A stretch of DNA of 63,101 nucleotides, the filler included, from Vannella sp. (lineage: Eukaryota): the NCBI GenBank assembly GCA_023345925.1. It is 7 parts of 7 records of this genome, joined end to end, with 100 filler letters (N's around TTAATTAATTAA, not from the genome) between each part and the next. Parts side by side here need not be neighbours in the genome. Positions count along the whole stretch, not along the records: positions 42,421 to 57,271 come from JAJQQN010000922.1; positions 57,372 to 63,101 come from JAJQQN010000807.1; 5 more parts are not named here. One strand, 5' to 3'. The translations under genes were made by a program, and so were the position numbers. Position 1 is the stretch's first letter, and each line of letters begins with the position of its first letter. Of this stretch, positions 48,285 to 62,000 are shown piece by piece. The notes under the pieces were generated by a model. The model had not been told where the DNA came from. It made no database searches and saw only the letters and a list, made by a program, of their open reading frames with translations.

Positions 48285-49713
48285 ATGGCGTCACCGGGGA
48301 CCGGGTTTTGGAGTTCTCGGCGGGAACCGACGAAGCGCACCACATCGAATGATATACCAACTTCTCGGTCAGATACAGATCGTATCTGTCAGCGGCCAGA
48401 TGTGGGTGGATCTACAGATGGTCGCATCTTTGAACAACCCTCCGACCCGCCCTCCAGCTCGCGGTCGATGCGGTTCCGGGCGCTTCTTGACTCTCCTAAC
48501 GTCGACTTAGGTGAGAGTAACCACTCTACTGCCAGTGATTGGCTAATCAATGCTGGGGATGCAACAGAGAAGCTCAAGGCGTTGGCTTGGTCCGGGGTTC
48601 CTCCGGATATCCGCCCACAGACGTGGAAGATCTTACTAGTAAGTCAAACCAATGCCCCAGCCGAAGGGGAAGGCGCTGATGCAAGCAATAGGGCTACCTC
48701 CCAACGAATCGGGAGCGCCGCGATGCCACGTTGGCCCGCAAGCGGCAAGAGTACTTGGACTTTGTCCCTGAGTACGAGCGTGTAAGGGACCAGCATGCTG
48801 AGGGCACGGTTGATGAGACAGAGGGAACAATCTATCACCAGGTGAGAATGTTGGCATCCGCTGGCTTTTTGGGACTAATAGGGTCGCGCTTAGATCCATA
48901 TCGATGTTCCTCGCACCAATCCTACGTGTAACTTGTTCCAGAACGAGATAGTACAACAGGTAGGCTGCTCTCTTGTCCCATTGGCCCTCCTTCTCATTGG
49001 ATCGGCAGTCTCTCGAGACAATCCTCTTCCTTTGGGCTTTCCGGCACCCTGCAAGTGGCTATGTGCAAGGTATCAACGATCTGGTCACTCCCTTCTTCGT
49101 GGTGTTCCTCTCTGAGTTCCTCCCAGGTGAGTGATGCTTCTTGAGCGGACAATCGGCTTGTAGCTAAAGAATGGGACCAGCTAGCGACATTGAAGCATGT
49201 CACATGGATAGATTGGAGCCCGGAGACCTTCGGAAAGCAGAGGCGGACTGCTTCTGGTGCATGACGAAGTTACTGGACAGCATTCAAGAGAACTACACTT
49301 TCGCCCAGCCAGGCATCCAGCGGATGATCTTCAAGCTGCAAGAGCTAACCATTAAGATTGACAGCGCACTAGCAGCGCACTTGGAGTCCCAGGAAGCTCA
49401 ATTCATCCAGTTTGCGTTCCGCTGGATGAATTGCCTTTTGATGAGAGAGATTCCGCTGCGCTTAATTGTGCGCATTTGGGACACGTATTTGGCAGAGGCA
49501 GAGGAGTTCTCTACCTTTCATGTGTATGTGTGCGCCTCCTTCTTGGCGCATTGGAGCAAACGGCTGCAGCAATTGGAATTCCACGAGCTGATGGTCTTTC
49601 TTCAGAATCTGCCCACTCCTCGGTGGGGCAATGAGGACGTTGACATGCTTCTATCCCAGGCATTCCTTTACAAGTCACTCTACCACGATGCGCCGTCTCA
49701 TCTACGAGAATGA
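48285..49713 (+). CDS. TBC1D22: Rab-GAP of the TBC1D22/Gyp1 family, multi-exon
   Basis: AWSGVP..IRPQTW, IHIDVPRTNP, HPASGYVQGINDLVTPF, EADCFWC, YTFAQPGIQ and QFAFRWMNCLLMRE. Confidence 0.93.
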
Positions 49714-49872
49714 CACTCTTTTGTATTATATGGCCGAGATACATCACTTGAGCCTCCTTCCTCCGTTCCCTCCTCCCGTTTCTGCTTGCATAAGCTCACA
49801 GGAAGTTACACTATCACTTCAGAGCACTCCTCAAAAGGCCGAAGAGACACGGGATTCGTCATTATTTGGGAG

Positions 49873-51216
49873 ATGGACGTTTGGGGCACGGTTGGGGTCG
49901 GGCTGGTTATTGGGCTGTTGGGGAGCTTTCTGGCCTCGTTTGCGAGGAACTACTTCCGCATTCGACGGATTCTACGTGCTTATTACTCGGAAGCGGTTCT
50001 TACGGTCCCGGGGATGAGCCTGGAAGAAGGTAGGCTCGAATGGAGACTTTGGAGCTGGACGATGACTTGAAGGGCAGACGCCAATCAACGTGTGGGGATG
50101 GACAAGTTCCAAGACGAGCTGACCCAGCTTCGCAAAGATACAGACCTCGCCAATGAGTCACGAGCGCGCTTGACTCCCACACTAGTGGAGGAGGCTGACC
50201 GCTTGAAGACCAGAGGGCTTTACGGACCCGAATCCAAGGTTTGGGAGGTCTCACGAGAGTCTGGTTCCTTCTTTGGAGGTGGGCGTGCTGTCTTCTTGCA
50301 GCTGGCCCATCCTTTTGTAGCAGCTGGAGTCCAACAACATTCGAAGGTCGCAGACGACATTCAGGTTCGAGTTCCTGCCTCCTGTAGACCTCTCCTGACT
50401 TAATTTTAGCGTCGATTCAACAATACCTTTCATCATGTCTTCAGAATGAACTTTGGGGACCTGGAAACCGCAGAACGCTCCGCTAAGCAAGTGCGCGCCG
50501 TTCATAATCGTGTATTTGGTCAGCTTTCAGGCGTCCCGCCTTATCCAGAAGGCTCAGAGTACACTGCCAACCACCAGGGAGCTGTAGTTTGGGTTTGGGC
50601 GACACTCGTTGAAACATCAGCACTCATGTTTGATCTTCTTGTGAGGGAGTTGAGACCCGAAGAGTCTGAGTCCTTCTACCAAGACCAGGTGCAATTCGCT
50701 CGCTTCTTCGGAATTGTACCTTCGGAGGTTCCTCCCACTTGGATTGAGTTCCAGCGTTACTGTGCCCGAATGTGGAATAGTGAGATCCTGACGGTTAGTC
50801 CTTCTGCCCAAGAGTTAGAGAAGCTCTTGTTCAGGCCCCAGTCACTATTTCCAAGCCTAGTAAATCATGGGATCCGCCGGATAACCTTTGCGTTGATGCC
50901 TCCTCGACTTGCAAAAGGATTTGGCTTCGAACCCAACGCACTGGACCGAGAAGTGCTCTATGCATTCTTTGCCCTCAGTAGTATGGTGTACTCTCAACTT
51001 CCAGGCTCATTCCGCTATCTGAAGGCCTATTGGGAGGCGGAGACTCGCATTAGAGGTAAACCCATCCATGTGGAGTGGATGGGCCGCTTGTCTGCCGGCT
51101 TAGCCGACATTATTATGAACAAGTTCATTATGGACCCTTCTCAGAATGGTACTACTGCCACTGGTCTGGCCAGTAATACGAATCACTTGGACTCGACTGT
51201 CTTGGAAGTGCGTTAA
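49873..51216 (+). CDS. MpaB/DUF2236 oxygenase-family membrane protein, 3 exons
   Basis: N-terminal TM; GLYGPESKVWEV.RE..FFGGGRAVFLQLAHP.VA.GV.QHS; VRAVH..V.G; Y.AN....WVWATL. Confidence 0.85.
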
Positions 51217-51381
51217 ATGAAGTTCCAACTTCTACCAAGGATGGATCCTTCTCTATTTATGGAGGAATGGCGAATTGGTCGATCGCAACTGAGAACGCAC
51301 TTCCGTGTAGTCAATTGTGACTTCCATCGGTTTCTGTGCGGTTATTTGTTAGCCTTGTTGGAGATATCATTGATTTGAGTT

Positions 51382-54300
51382 TCAACCTACCCCGCGGACT
51401 TGACCTTGAGCACCTGCTGTGATAGGACGGAAGACACGGCTGCGACGGGTTAAGGAATCGTCAAGGCTGCGTTGAACGCGTTCGAGTTGGGCGCTGAGGG
51501 CTTTCTTTTCTTGCTCAGCTCGTTCCAGATGAACCCGGAGGTCTTGGCTTTGGGCAGAGGCGTGCTCAAGATCGGAACGTAGAGCAGAGATGACGCTGCG
51601 TTGCTCAACCACTTCATTCATAACGCTCATGTCAGCGATGGCTGTATCCCTCTCCTTTCGCTCTGCTTCTAGTAAAGCTCTTTGTCTCTCCAACAGACTC
51701 TCCAATTGGGACACACGAAGTTGCTGGTCCTTGCATTGGCCCTCCCATGTGCGGGCCATTTGAGTCGCATTTTCAGCTTCTTCAAGAGCAAGAGAGAGTG
51801 CGCCTCTTTCGGACTGCAGGGCGATCAATTGTTGCTGGTTTGCGCTCCTCTCTTCTTCTAGTTGGGCCCGAAGCCTGTTGGCTGCCAGGGAAGAAGCTGC
51901 CAGAGCAATATCCCGCGCTTGGAGAGAATCTTTCTCGTGGGAGAGCGAGAGTAAAAGGGCCTGCTTCTCCCCTAAAAGAACTTCAACTTGGTCCCAGCCC
52001 AAATCAACGGGAGCGAATGGCGCCAGGTCTGGCAATGGCACATCAGCGCCATTCAGTTGCAAGTGAAGTTCTCGGAGCTTCTCACTTGCGGCAGTAAGGC
52101 GCAAAGAGGAGTCTCTCTGAACTTGAAGTAGCTTTCCTTCGCTCTCTTTCAGTTGATCACGAAGGAGGCAGAGATCCCGCTCCCGTTGTACCACTGTTGA
52201 TTCTGCCATCAAAAGAGTCTCGTTCTTCTTCTCCAAAACGTCTTCCTGTTGGTTTTGGAGAAGGCGAGCCTCCTCACAACGTGCCAAAGCACCTGAAAGA
52301 GAACCCTCAGCCCTTGTGACTTGGTCTTTGAGCTGTTGTTGGTCCTTTCTGAGAGATTCGTTGTCCAAGCGGAGTTGGTCCCGAAGAAGGCGGAGAGTCT
52401 TCAACTCTATCAAATGACTATCCAGCTGAGAATTGGCTGATTCTAAGCTCTCTCGCATTGCAGCCAGTTGCTCCTGGAAAGATTGGGCTGAAGTGGTCAA
52501 GTGACTCTTAAGGGAGTCGATTTGGTCTTGTTTGACGGAAAGATCGCGAAGATTTCGATTCGCCTGCTCCTGGCTGAGAGCTGCTTCACTCCTGATAGCT
52601 TCTAATTGCGCGGAAAGATCCTTTACGAGGGTTTGTTGGACACTTAGCTGCTTCTGGAGTCCTAAAAGGGCATCCTCTTTGGTTTCTAATTGATACTGCT
52701 GTTGCTCTCGCTGCTGAGCAGCTTTAATAGCCGCCTCAGCTTCGGCTAAAGGGTCATAATCATCCGCTTCAATCACCTGTGGCCTTGGCGGTTTAGCTCT
52801 GAGTGGAGTTGAGACTGTTGGCTTAGCAGTGGCCAAAGCAGAACGCTTGGTAGGAGTGGTGGTTGGAGTACCTCGTGCCTTTGTTGCCGCTGGTCGGGCT
52901 GGCGCTGTTGGAGTACGAGAAGAAGGGCGCGCACTGGGAGTTACTGTGCGGGGACTGGGAGCCCGTGAAGTGGAGGAGGCTGAGGCCCGCGTTGACGGAG
53001 CCGTTTTGGTAGGCGTTCTTGTGGTGGAGGTTGTGACTGGCTTGGCCGTTCGAGAAGTCAACTCGGCACTTGTTCTCTTTGCTGGGGTTGACACTGGAAC
53101 TGCTTTGGGTTCAGGAGCAGGAGCTGAAGGCGCCGTAGGAGCTGCTGATGCTTGTGGCTTAGTGACTGTCGTGGAGGTGACTGTTGTGGTGGTTCCTGTT
53201 GGAGTTTGTGGTTGAGAAGGGCGGGCCTGCTCGCTTGGCACTGCCGAATCGACACTTTCTAAACGATCCTGGGTCCAATGAGCATTCTTCCCATTCGTTT
53301 GTGTGGATGGGGTGAACTTTACAGGAAGTGGCGCATCCGGGGCAATCTCTCCTGCTTGCACCGCGCTTATATGGCGTTCAAGACTAGTACAGTGGCGCTT
53401 TAAACGTATCAACTCCACCTTGAGAGTATTGATGATGGCCATGAGCTCCTCAACAGAGCGTTTGACATTCTGTGAGACCTTATTTTGGATGGTTTTTGCC
53501 CTTGAGGAGACCTTAAGTCAGTCTTGGCCACCATATACATAACAAAAACCTACCTGGCACCAAAACGTAGACTTCCGAGGGTCTCTTCTGCATTGAAAAC
53601 GTGAGGAGAAGCGGTAATGACCAAAGTGGTCTTCGTGTTGCCTCCCAGTGACTCTTGGAGAATGCGAGTCAGTTTCGAGTCACGATAAGGAACGTGTCCG
53701 CGATGGGACTCTGTCAGGGCGTGGATGCAATTGCCAAGGGCGGAGAGGGACTGATTGATCTTCTTGGCCTCCTCCAAGAGATTCCCTGTGGCTCCCGTCT
53801 TCCCCACCTTCTCTGAGCCCGCCAGATCGACCAAATTAAGTCTTCCGGTCTTGATGGAGTCGTCTGCAAGGTTCTTCTGCTCCACCTGGATGATGAACAA
53901 GCTGTGACTGCGAGAGCTCCTCGCATTCATCTGCGTGGCAGCCACAGATCGAGACGCTTCACCTAGCCTGATCAACTCTGCGATGTCCTCTTCACTGGAA
54001 ACGTACTCCTCGGTCAAGTGCTCCACGTACACGCCCTTTGTGGGCGACTCTCGAACGGGTAACGTTGGTGTGGCGGGATGGAGAAGGTCTCGGATGTTCT
54101 CCTTGTAGATCTCAAGAAAGGAGGCTTTGATACTGTACTGGATCTCTCGTGGGTCGTCGCGGATCGCACCAAAGAGGTGAGCGGACGCGCGAGGGACGAT
54201 TCCTTTGTCCTCTTCGCATGTGATGTCGTCTGGACCAAACATAGTGTACGTCTTCCCTGAACCTGTCTGCCCAAAGGCAAAGATCGTCCCGTTGTAGCCG

Positions 54301-54627
54301 TTAAGGACATCCCTGAAGAGCATGAGGAGGCGCCCCGTGAGCGGAGGGACGTACGTACTCGATAGTCCTACGGGCGGTGTACTCGTAGACTTCATCCTGA
54401 GGGTTCTATGAGCTGCTGATAGGACGGGGCTTCAGAGGACGTACTTGCGGAGATCCTGGGGGAAAGGCGCGGTCAAAGGTGAGCGGCGGGTTCCCCGACA
54501 GTTCGACCTGACACGAGTTGTGGATAGCCACAGAGAAGTTCCTAGACTCTCCTTCCTTCAGCTCCCGCTCATTGATAGGCCGGAAACGAACAACCACGCG
54601 AACGTTGCAACTGCCATCGTCACCCAT
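51382..54627 (-). CDS. Kinesin (kinesin-1-like motor) with Pro/Thr-rich linker and coiled-coil tail, multi-exon
   Basis: VRVVVRFRP, GQTGSGKT, NARSSRSH, LVDLAGSE, HVPYRDSKLTRILQESLGGN. Confidence 0.92.
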
Positions 54628-54939
54628 CGCTTCGGGTGACGACGAACTGCTCCCAGAGGCCAAGTATGAGTCCTATTTGGTTCATTCCTCTGATGGTAGT
54701 CTACCAGTGGTGCCAACAACATCAAAGGCAACGTTCTATTTCATTGGGTGAACCAAACGCATCCGCCTTTTGATTGGCCGGCCTGGCCGTCCAGTAGGCG
54801 GGTGGTCAGTCAAATCAACCACTTTAGGACTGTTTAGAGGGTCCTTTGAATGTGGATTAGCTTGAAGGAGACCGAAGTAGTGATGGGAACCATGTGCGTG
54901 TGGATGAATGGCTCCGCAATCAGGGAGAATGTGCGGGTG

Positions 54940-56363
54940 TCACCAATAGGGATCGAGTAGTGCCTCGAAATCAGGGGCTACAAACCTGGCATATTCACGG
55001 TTGATATGAACAGAATCTTGGAACTGCTGGATTCCATGAATGACATTCCAGCATGTTCTGTTGGGGCAGATAAACGCGTCCATGTTCAACACAGCATATT
55101 GGTTTTCTTCCCCCGCAGCTGTTAGTTGCTCGCGGGCTTCCCAATATCCGTTTGCTATGGATGCTGGTCCAAAGCAGTCTGGATCGCCGTTCTCTAAGCA
55201 GGGTTCCATTCCAACGCCTACCAAATTGATATGAGGGAGCATGATGACTATTTTCGTTAAAGGAGACACGTTGATGAGAGCTTCCTTGACTCCTTCCCTC
55301 ATTATCTTATTCCATTCGGGAGATAATCGACTGGCCCATGGCCCGTTTGGAACAGAGGCGCTACGGATTTGGCTGTGAGTAGTGAAAGAGAGGCAGAAGA
55401 GGATGATGGACTTGGGAGGGGGCTGGCGATTGATAGCATCCCACAGTCTTTCTTGGTCGAATTCGTTCGTAGGCTCTCCGGCACTCCAATTTGGAATCAG
55501 TTTCATCCAAGGCGTTGAAACTGCCACCAAATGTTCGATCCGTATGGATCTCTTCTTTCTGATTGAGCTAATGACACCGCTTTGTACCCATTCTTGCAGA
55601 TAGGAGTCTCCAAGGAGCAATGAAGGGCCTACCGTTTGGACAGAGGTATCTGACGGAGCACCTCCAGGATGGCCTTCAAGAGTTCCCAGTTGTTCGTTTT
55701 CATCTTCAAACGTGAAGTTTGTTCTCGGAAGGAGTATGAGGATGCTCAGAAACGCGAGAATTGAGATCACAAATCCACAAAAGAGAACCTGGGACGACGG
55801 CAGTCGAAGAGATTTGAGAGGCTTCTCAAGAAGAACATTCGAGATGGCTCCGCAAGCGAAAGTCGCTAAAATCAAGAAGACACCTCGAACCAGATCCATT
55901 TTCGTGTCAAAGGAACGCGTCATTTCGTCCACAAAGATCAGAGGATAGTGCCAAAGGTACATCGAGTAAGAGTACAGTCCAAGCCTTTGAAAAAGGGGAC
56001 CAGAAAGCACTTCTGCAGCAAAAGTCGAAGAGTTGAGCTCGAAGCCGACGATCATTAGGGCCATGCATCCCGTTGCAATCGCCCCTGCTAAAAGTGGCGC
56101 GATTTTGAAAGGGTAAACACTCAAAAGGAGGAAGCACACGAGCCCAGTGTAGGACAAGGTGCTGGAAAGAGCCTCATTTGAGATGAATTGCTTCTTTTCT
56201 GTCCTGGAAAGCTGCCACAACGCCAAGCATGCACCCACTACCAGCTGATAGATACGGAACTGCGTTCCATAATATAACGTGCTCGCAGGAACGCCTTGAG
56301 AGGCGCATGCGAGAGTGAATGCACAGCAAAGCACCAGAAGGCCGATCGCAAAGAGGAACACTC
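54940..56363 (-). CDS. Acyltransferase-3 plus SGNH (OatA/OafA-like) protein, C-terminal half only
   Basis: YYGTQFRIYQL..G, G.YSYSMYLWHYPL, LEKPL; SGNH motifs LLGDSY and DSVH. The 5' half is absent at the junction. Confidence 0.75.
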
Positions 56364-57271
56364 ATTGCTGGTGTATCTGGCGTACAAGCTTGGAGGGAGC
56401 CACCAACGAGTGCTCCTCTTTGCGATCGGCCTTCTGGTGCTTTGCTGCGGGTTCACTCTGGCCTGCGCCTCTGAAGGCGTTCCTGCGAGTACGTTATATT
56501 ATGGAACGCAGTTCCGTATCTATCAGCTGGTAGTGGGCGCCTGCCTGGCGCTGTGGCAGCTTTCCAAATCCGAAAGGGAAGTAAATCGGCAGGGGCCCCA
56601 GCCGGGGCTCGTCTCAAGCGCAATGTCATACACTGGATTGACATCCTTTCTACTTCTCAGCTTGTATCCCAATGAGATCGCGCCTCTGCTGGCCGGAGCG
56701 ATTGCAACGGGATGCATGGCCCTCATGATCGTCGGCTTCGAGCTCAACTCTTCGACCTTTGCTGCAGAAGTGCTTTCTGGTCCCCTTTTCCAAAGGCTTG
56801 GACTGTACTCTTACTCGATGTACCTTTGGCACTATCCTCTGATCTTTGTGGACGAAATGACGCGTCCCTTTGACACGAAAATGGATCTGGTTCGAGGTGT
56901 CTTCTTGATCCAAGCCACGATTGCGTGTGCAGCAGTCACACATGTCGCAATTGAGAAGCCCTTGAAGACGATGAAGATTTCTACGGCATCAGTTCTGGTC
57001 GTTGGGGTGATCATATCACTATTCGTGAGCTCAGGCACTTTCATTCTTCTCTCTGACGCACCAAAGATCGTGATTGAAGAGGACCACGTGATCCTGGACC
57101 CTCCTTCTCATGCTCCTGAGACAATCGATCCTCCCAAAGCGATTGAGATTCTTGATCCTCCCAAAGCTGTTGAGATTCTTGATCCTCCGGCCCAGGCTGT
57201 CGAGGATCATGAAAATCGCGAGACTGTGGAACTTGGACCGACAATGCTGGTAGGAGATTCTTACTTGGAGG
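56364..57271 (+). CDS. Second AT3-SGNH paralog fragment, inverted relative to the first and truncated by the contig end
   Basis: Near-identical AT3 helices; linker with ILDPP(K/A) repeats; ends at LVGDSYLE. Confidence 0.75.
57090..57192 (+). repeat. Coding 27-nt tandem repeat (EILDPPKA-type), about 4 copies
   Basis: GATCCTCCCAAAGC...GAGATTCTT units. Confidence 0.75.
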
Positions 57272-57371
57272 NNNNNNNNNNNNNNNNNNNNNNNNNNNNN
57301 NNNNNNNNNNNNNNNTTAATTAATTAANNNNNNNNNNNNNNNNNNNNNNNNNNNNNNNNNNNNNNNNNNNN
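57272..57371. other. Artificial contig linker
   Basis: N run with TTAATTAATTAA. Confidence 0.98.
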
Positions 57372-58996
57372 CCCAAAGTTGAGGTCCTCACGTGATCTCT
57401 TTGGTTGGCCTTTGTGGGGTTGCATGTACTTTCCCACTCCTTCTTTGAAGGTCTGTCCTTGTGATCCCATCGGATTGCTGAACCACTGACCAAGGCGGGT
57501 CTGCAAAGCTGATCAGAACGATCCAAGTGGTGATCAAGTAGATCCACAAGTGGTTTGGAGTTGCTCACCTCATCTTCCCGTTGCTTCTCGAGCTCTGGAG
57601 TAGATTGCTCCTGTTGCCGTTGTTCTGCAAATGGATCTTTGAAAACAGTTGTACTTATGATCCTGATGTCTTCCTTGATGACCTCATCAACATCACTGGA
57701 TGCTGAATAGACCAAACTTACCTTTGGACGATCGTTCTTGTCCGTGGAGATGCGCTCCATTTTGTCCAGCGTGTCCATTCCTCCCACAACAAAGCCGAAC
57801 ACGGTGTGCTTGCGATTAAGATGTGCTTGTTCCTTGTATAGTATGAAGCTATCGAAAGATAAGCCAGCGAGGTATCATCTTTCAAGAGCTTACAATTGAG
57901 ACCCATTCGTCTTTGGACCAGAGTTAGCCATGCTCAACACGCCTCTCTTGTCGTGGGAGATCTGTTGCTTGAACTCATCGAAAAACTTCTCTCCCCAAAT
58001 GCTGGTTCCGCCTGAGCCTGTCCCGGTGGGATCCCCTCCTTGGATCTAGAAGGGATGAGCGAGTATGAAACAAGGATCAAAGTGTCTCACCATGAAACCT
58101 GGAATGTTGCGATGGAATACAGTCCCGTTGTAGTATCCTTTGTTGCAGAGGCCGAGAAAGTTCTCGCAAGTCTTGGGAGTGAGGTCAGACCTAAGCTCTA
58201 TGTTCAAAGGGCCAAGGTTGGTGAGAATCTGCAGGAGAGCTTTCTCCTTGACGACAAGACCAGGCTTCTCGGCTTCTGAAAGCTGCGTCTCTGGAGCACC
58301 CGAGAATCCAGCACAAGTGAACCCTCCATCGTACTTAAGAGAGGGCGCTACTGGAAGCTTTGGCTTCTTTGGAGCTTGAGTACGTTCAGCTTCCTCCACC
58401 TTTGCCTGTTTGATGTGGTGGTAGTCCGACCAATGGAGAACAGGAGGGTTCTGGGGGTCTTGGATGGTGATTAGATCTTTCCTTCGGAAGGGTTCATCTG
58501 TGAGGAGATCTTTCCAGTGTCTTCGCTTGATGTTGAGCTCTTCAATAGCCTCCCATGAGTAGACATTACCACTTGGTCCAACTGCCACGATATGAGAGCT
58601 CTCGGTGAACTCCTTGTCCATGATGGGACAGAAGAACTTGCCATTGGCGTTCTTATGGAAGTGTAACCGCTTGAGATCCTTGTTCGTCAGGGGCTCTCCA
58701 GAGACTGGATGCACGCCATAGTCAGTTATGAAGTCAACGATTGCTCTACTCGTTGGTGTAAGCACTGGAACAGAAAGAGAGTCTCCCAAGGTGACCTACT
58801 CAAGGTCAAACAAATAGGGGCGGGTACCACAGGTTGTGACAGCTGGCGTCTCAAAAGGTTGGAGCGTCAAGTTGCACACATAGAAAGGAAGCCCTTTGAC
58901 AGCCCTTCCAACATCACCCTCTCGTTTGCCATGAAAGTCATTGATCCATTCACTTTGCGTGATGTAGTTACGATTGGTCTTCTTCCCGCGCCCCAT
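57372..58996 (-). CDS. PPIL2: U-box/RING cyclophilin Cyp60, multi-exon, 3' truncated
   Basis: [47 protein letters not shown]; cyclophilin motifs [14 protein letters not shown] and FGFVVGG. Confidence 0.92.
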
Positions 58997-59083
58997 TCTA
59001 GACGACAATAAAATGGCAATAAATCCCAATAATATGTGGTCCAATGAGTTTGTACTTAAGTGGCTGGGAATATTACAATCTGG

Positions 59084-62000
59084 TTATACTGAAATGCCGA
59101 GTGACTTTTCAAGAGACTTTTCGACGAAGATGTGGTGGAGCATCTCGCACATGCTCTTGCGTGAGTCCGCTGTCTCCATCCATGGGTGTTTTAGAAGCTC
59201 GTCAGCAGTGCCACGGGCTAGTGGATCGATCTGCAGCATCCGAGAAAGGAAGTCTCTGAACTCCTCGGACCATTTGTCTGGGTCATCGAGGGAAGGGGCA
59301 ATGCCAGCGCCAGCCAGGAACATTGCCTTAAGAGCAGAATCTCGATTTGGAGGCTTCCCATGGGCCATTTCCAGGCAGAGGATCCCCAGACTCCATATAT
59401 CAGCAGGAGTTCCATGTTCCTTCCTCTGAATCATCTCTGGAGGTATCCAGAAAGGTGACCCCACCATTCCATTCATTTCTACCGCGCCTACTTCAACGCA
59501 GAGACCAAAGTCAACTTGTTTCGAGTTAGTTGGCACAGGAGAGAGAGAAAGACAGAGGACATACTGATTTTGATATCACCATGGATGCTCAGCATAATAT
59601 TGGCACTCTTCAGATCTCTGTGCGCAAAGCCTTTCCCGTGCATAGAGCGCAGACCTCGCAAGATCTGCATTGTAACGTAACAGATTTGCGCTTCCTCCAG
59701 TTGGAACTTGCTAACCGTTTGACTCAAACTTCCTCCCTCCATGTACTCCATAATCATCTGAGCGGTTCTTAGAATCATAGCCAGTTGGTGCAGGTCTTTA
59801 GATACTTACCCACATCTCGTCGCGGTTGACGAAACAGTTATCATATTTGACGACGCAAGCGTGAGCACATTGCCTCAAGAAGTGGACTTCGTCCAGATTA
59901 CTCCATTGTTCCTTGTCAGTCAGGTGAGGAACTTTCTTAATTGCCACCTCCTTCCTATCTTCCAATCGTTTCACCATCGCTACACTGCCAAATCCACCGC
60001 GCCCCACGTCTTCAATCACCTTAAACATCTTCCTAGGGTTCCCGCTTGTGACAAATGCACCTGTGGCTTGTTCCAGATCTTTTCCGTGCTTGGTGCGACT
60101 GCAAACCACCCTCTTGGCATCAAATTCCGGATTTTCAGCAAACTCTTCAGGCGTGCGATAGATCTTTCGGGTCAAGAACCTCATTACGAACAGGAATGTT
60201 GTCCAGTGCTCGTCAATCAGCTGCTGATGCGTATCTTGGAGGTGAGATTGTTTGATGAGCTTCGCTGCAGAACTTGGGAAGTCGTTCATCGAACGAATGA
60301 CAATAACTTCCTTCTTGGAGTCGTCATCACCACTCTCAGGGCGGCAATTCTTCTCCTGCACAAGCAATCAGTTAGCATGCCCAGGAGAGTATTCCTGAGA
60401 GGCACATACCCGATAGTCTTCGAGGAGGGCCTGCAGTTCTTCGGGTGCCAGGTCAAAGCCAGCGATTGGGTCACATCCATTGTCAAGCAGTAATTGAACA
60501 ACATCCCGGTTCCCATTCTTGATGGCGTAGGCCAGGGGAGTCCTCCCGTGTAACCTTTGGTTCATGTTAGTACATTCCGGCACTCTTCTCTCAGGAGATC
60601 ATACTTGGTCTTCCTGTGAGGGTCTCCTTCATTGCGGAGGAACAAGGTGAGAGCGTTGATCGACCCACAACTTGCCGCTTCATGTAGAGGAGTGGCCCAG
60701 TCCTTATTTCGCTGATTCGCATCAGCTCCAACTTCCAAACAGGCCTACAGAGACATCAGTACCCCCAAACGCGCTATCACGTGGAGTTGGTACCTTAATG
60801 GTCTGCTGGAAGGCAACAACAAGCTTAAGGTTATCTGCTGGAGGTTCTAAACGCGCGAGGAAGTGAAGGGCACTAACACCCTGAGCTGTGATCGAGTTGG
60901 GATCTCCTCCCTCACGGATGAAGCGCCGGATGAACTTTAAGTGTCCCAACCGCGACGCATAGTGAATGGGAGTCCAACCGAACTTGTCTTTGGTGTTGAT
61001 GAGTGACTTTTTGCGCAGTTTGAGTAGAAGCTGCTCCAAAACTAAGGTGCTACCGAAGTGGGCTGCATAATGGAAGGAGTTTCTCCCGTCCTCGTCCTAC
61101 ACCACGTTAGGGGGAGTGAATGGACCATGTATGAGTGTCTTACAGCCTCTATCAGCATGTCTGGCTGCCGTTTGAAGTTTTTAAGGATCTCCTTGACCTC
61201 TAAGAGCTTCTCAGGATCACAAATCGCCTTGCACAGCGCATTGGCAGTATCCGAACGGAAGGTTGGAGCATGTGGGAACAGTACAAGGTCTTCACAGTAC
61301 TTGCTCTTCCTCTCTGCCAGAACCAGCTCGCTCTTTCGTTCGTTAATAGCTTGCGCAATGATACGCGCTGTCTGTAGCCCACCCTCTTCTGTGAGTACCT
61401 CTGTACAAGAGAAGAGAAGAGACTCCACTGACGTTAGAGTCTATCGGGAAAGGTTCAAACGTCAGGGGGCCGTTGGATGTCGACCTGAATGACTCAGTCG
61501 TGCCAGGATAGAGGAAGGTTGTAAGGAGGCCACTGGACTTGGCAAGGTTTTGTAGGAAGCTCACTAACGCACGCTTGGTGCCTGCATAGACTGCTTGGTT
61601 TGAAGCCCCTCGGCCATCTTGATGGGCCGGTGAGAAGAATCCATGTCTCGGACCACCTTAGGGGAGCGCACTTACTTGCGTCGGAGGCTAGGATTGAGAT
61701 GTGACCTCGAGACTTGATGAGTAACGGAAGGGCAAGGGAGATGGCAAGGACAGGAGAGATGAAGTTGTGGACGGTTAGCTCTGGAAGCCTTTGGGTTTGG
61801 TATGAAGCAAAGGGAGAGATATCGAGCACTCCGTGAAAGTAGAGAAAGAGATCAATCTGGCTGGCTAAGAACCTGGTGATGTCCTCCATGATCCTCCTTT
61901 ACAACCCTGGTCAGCCACACCAAAGGATCACTCTATGTAATATACATACGCCCACTCGCTCCTCTGGCCAAGGTTACCAGAGAAGAAGGCAACCGTTGCT

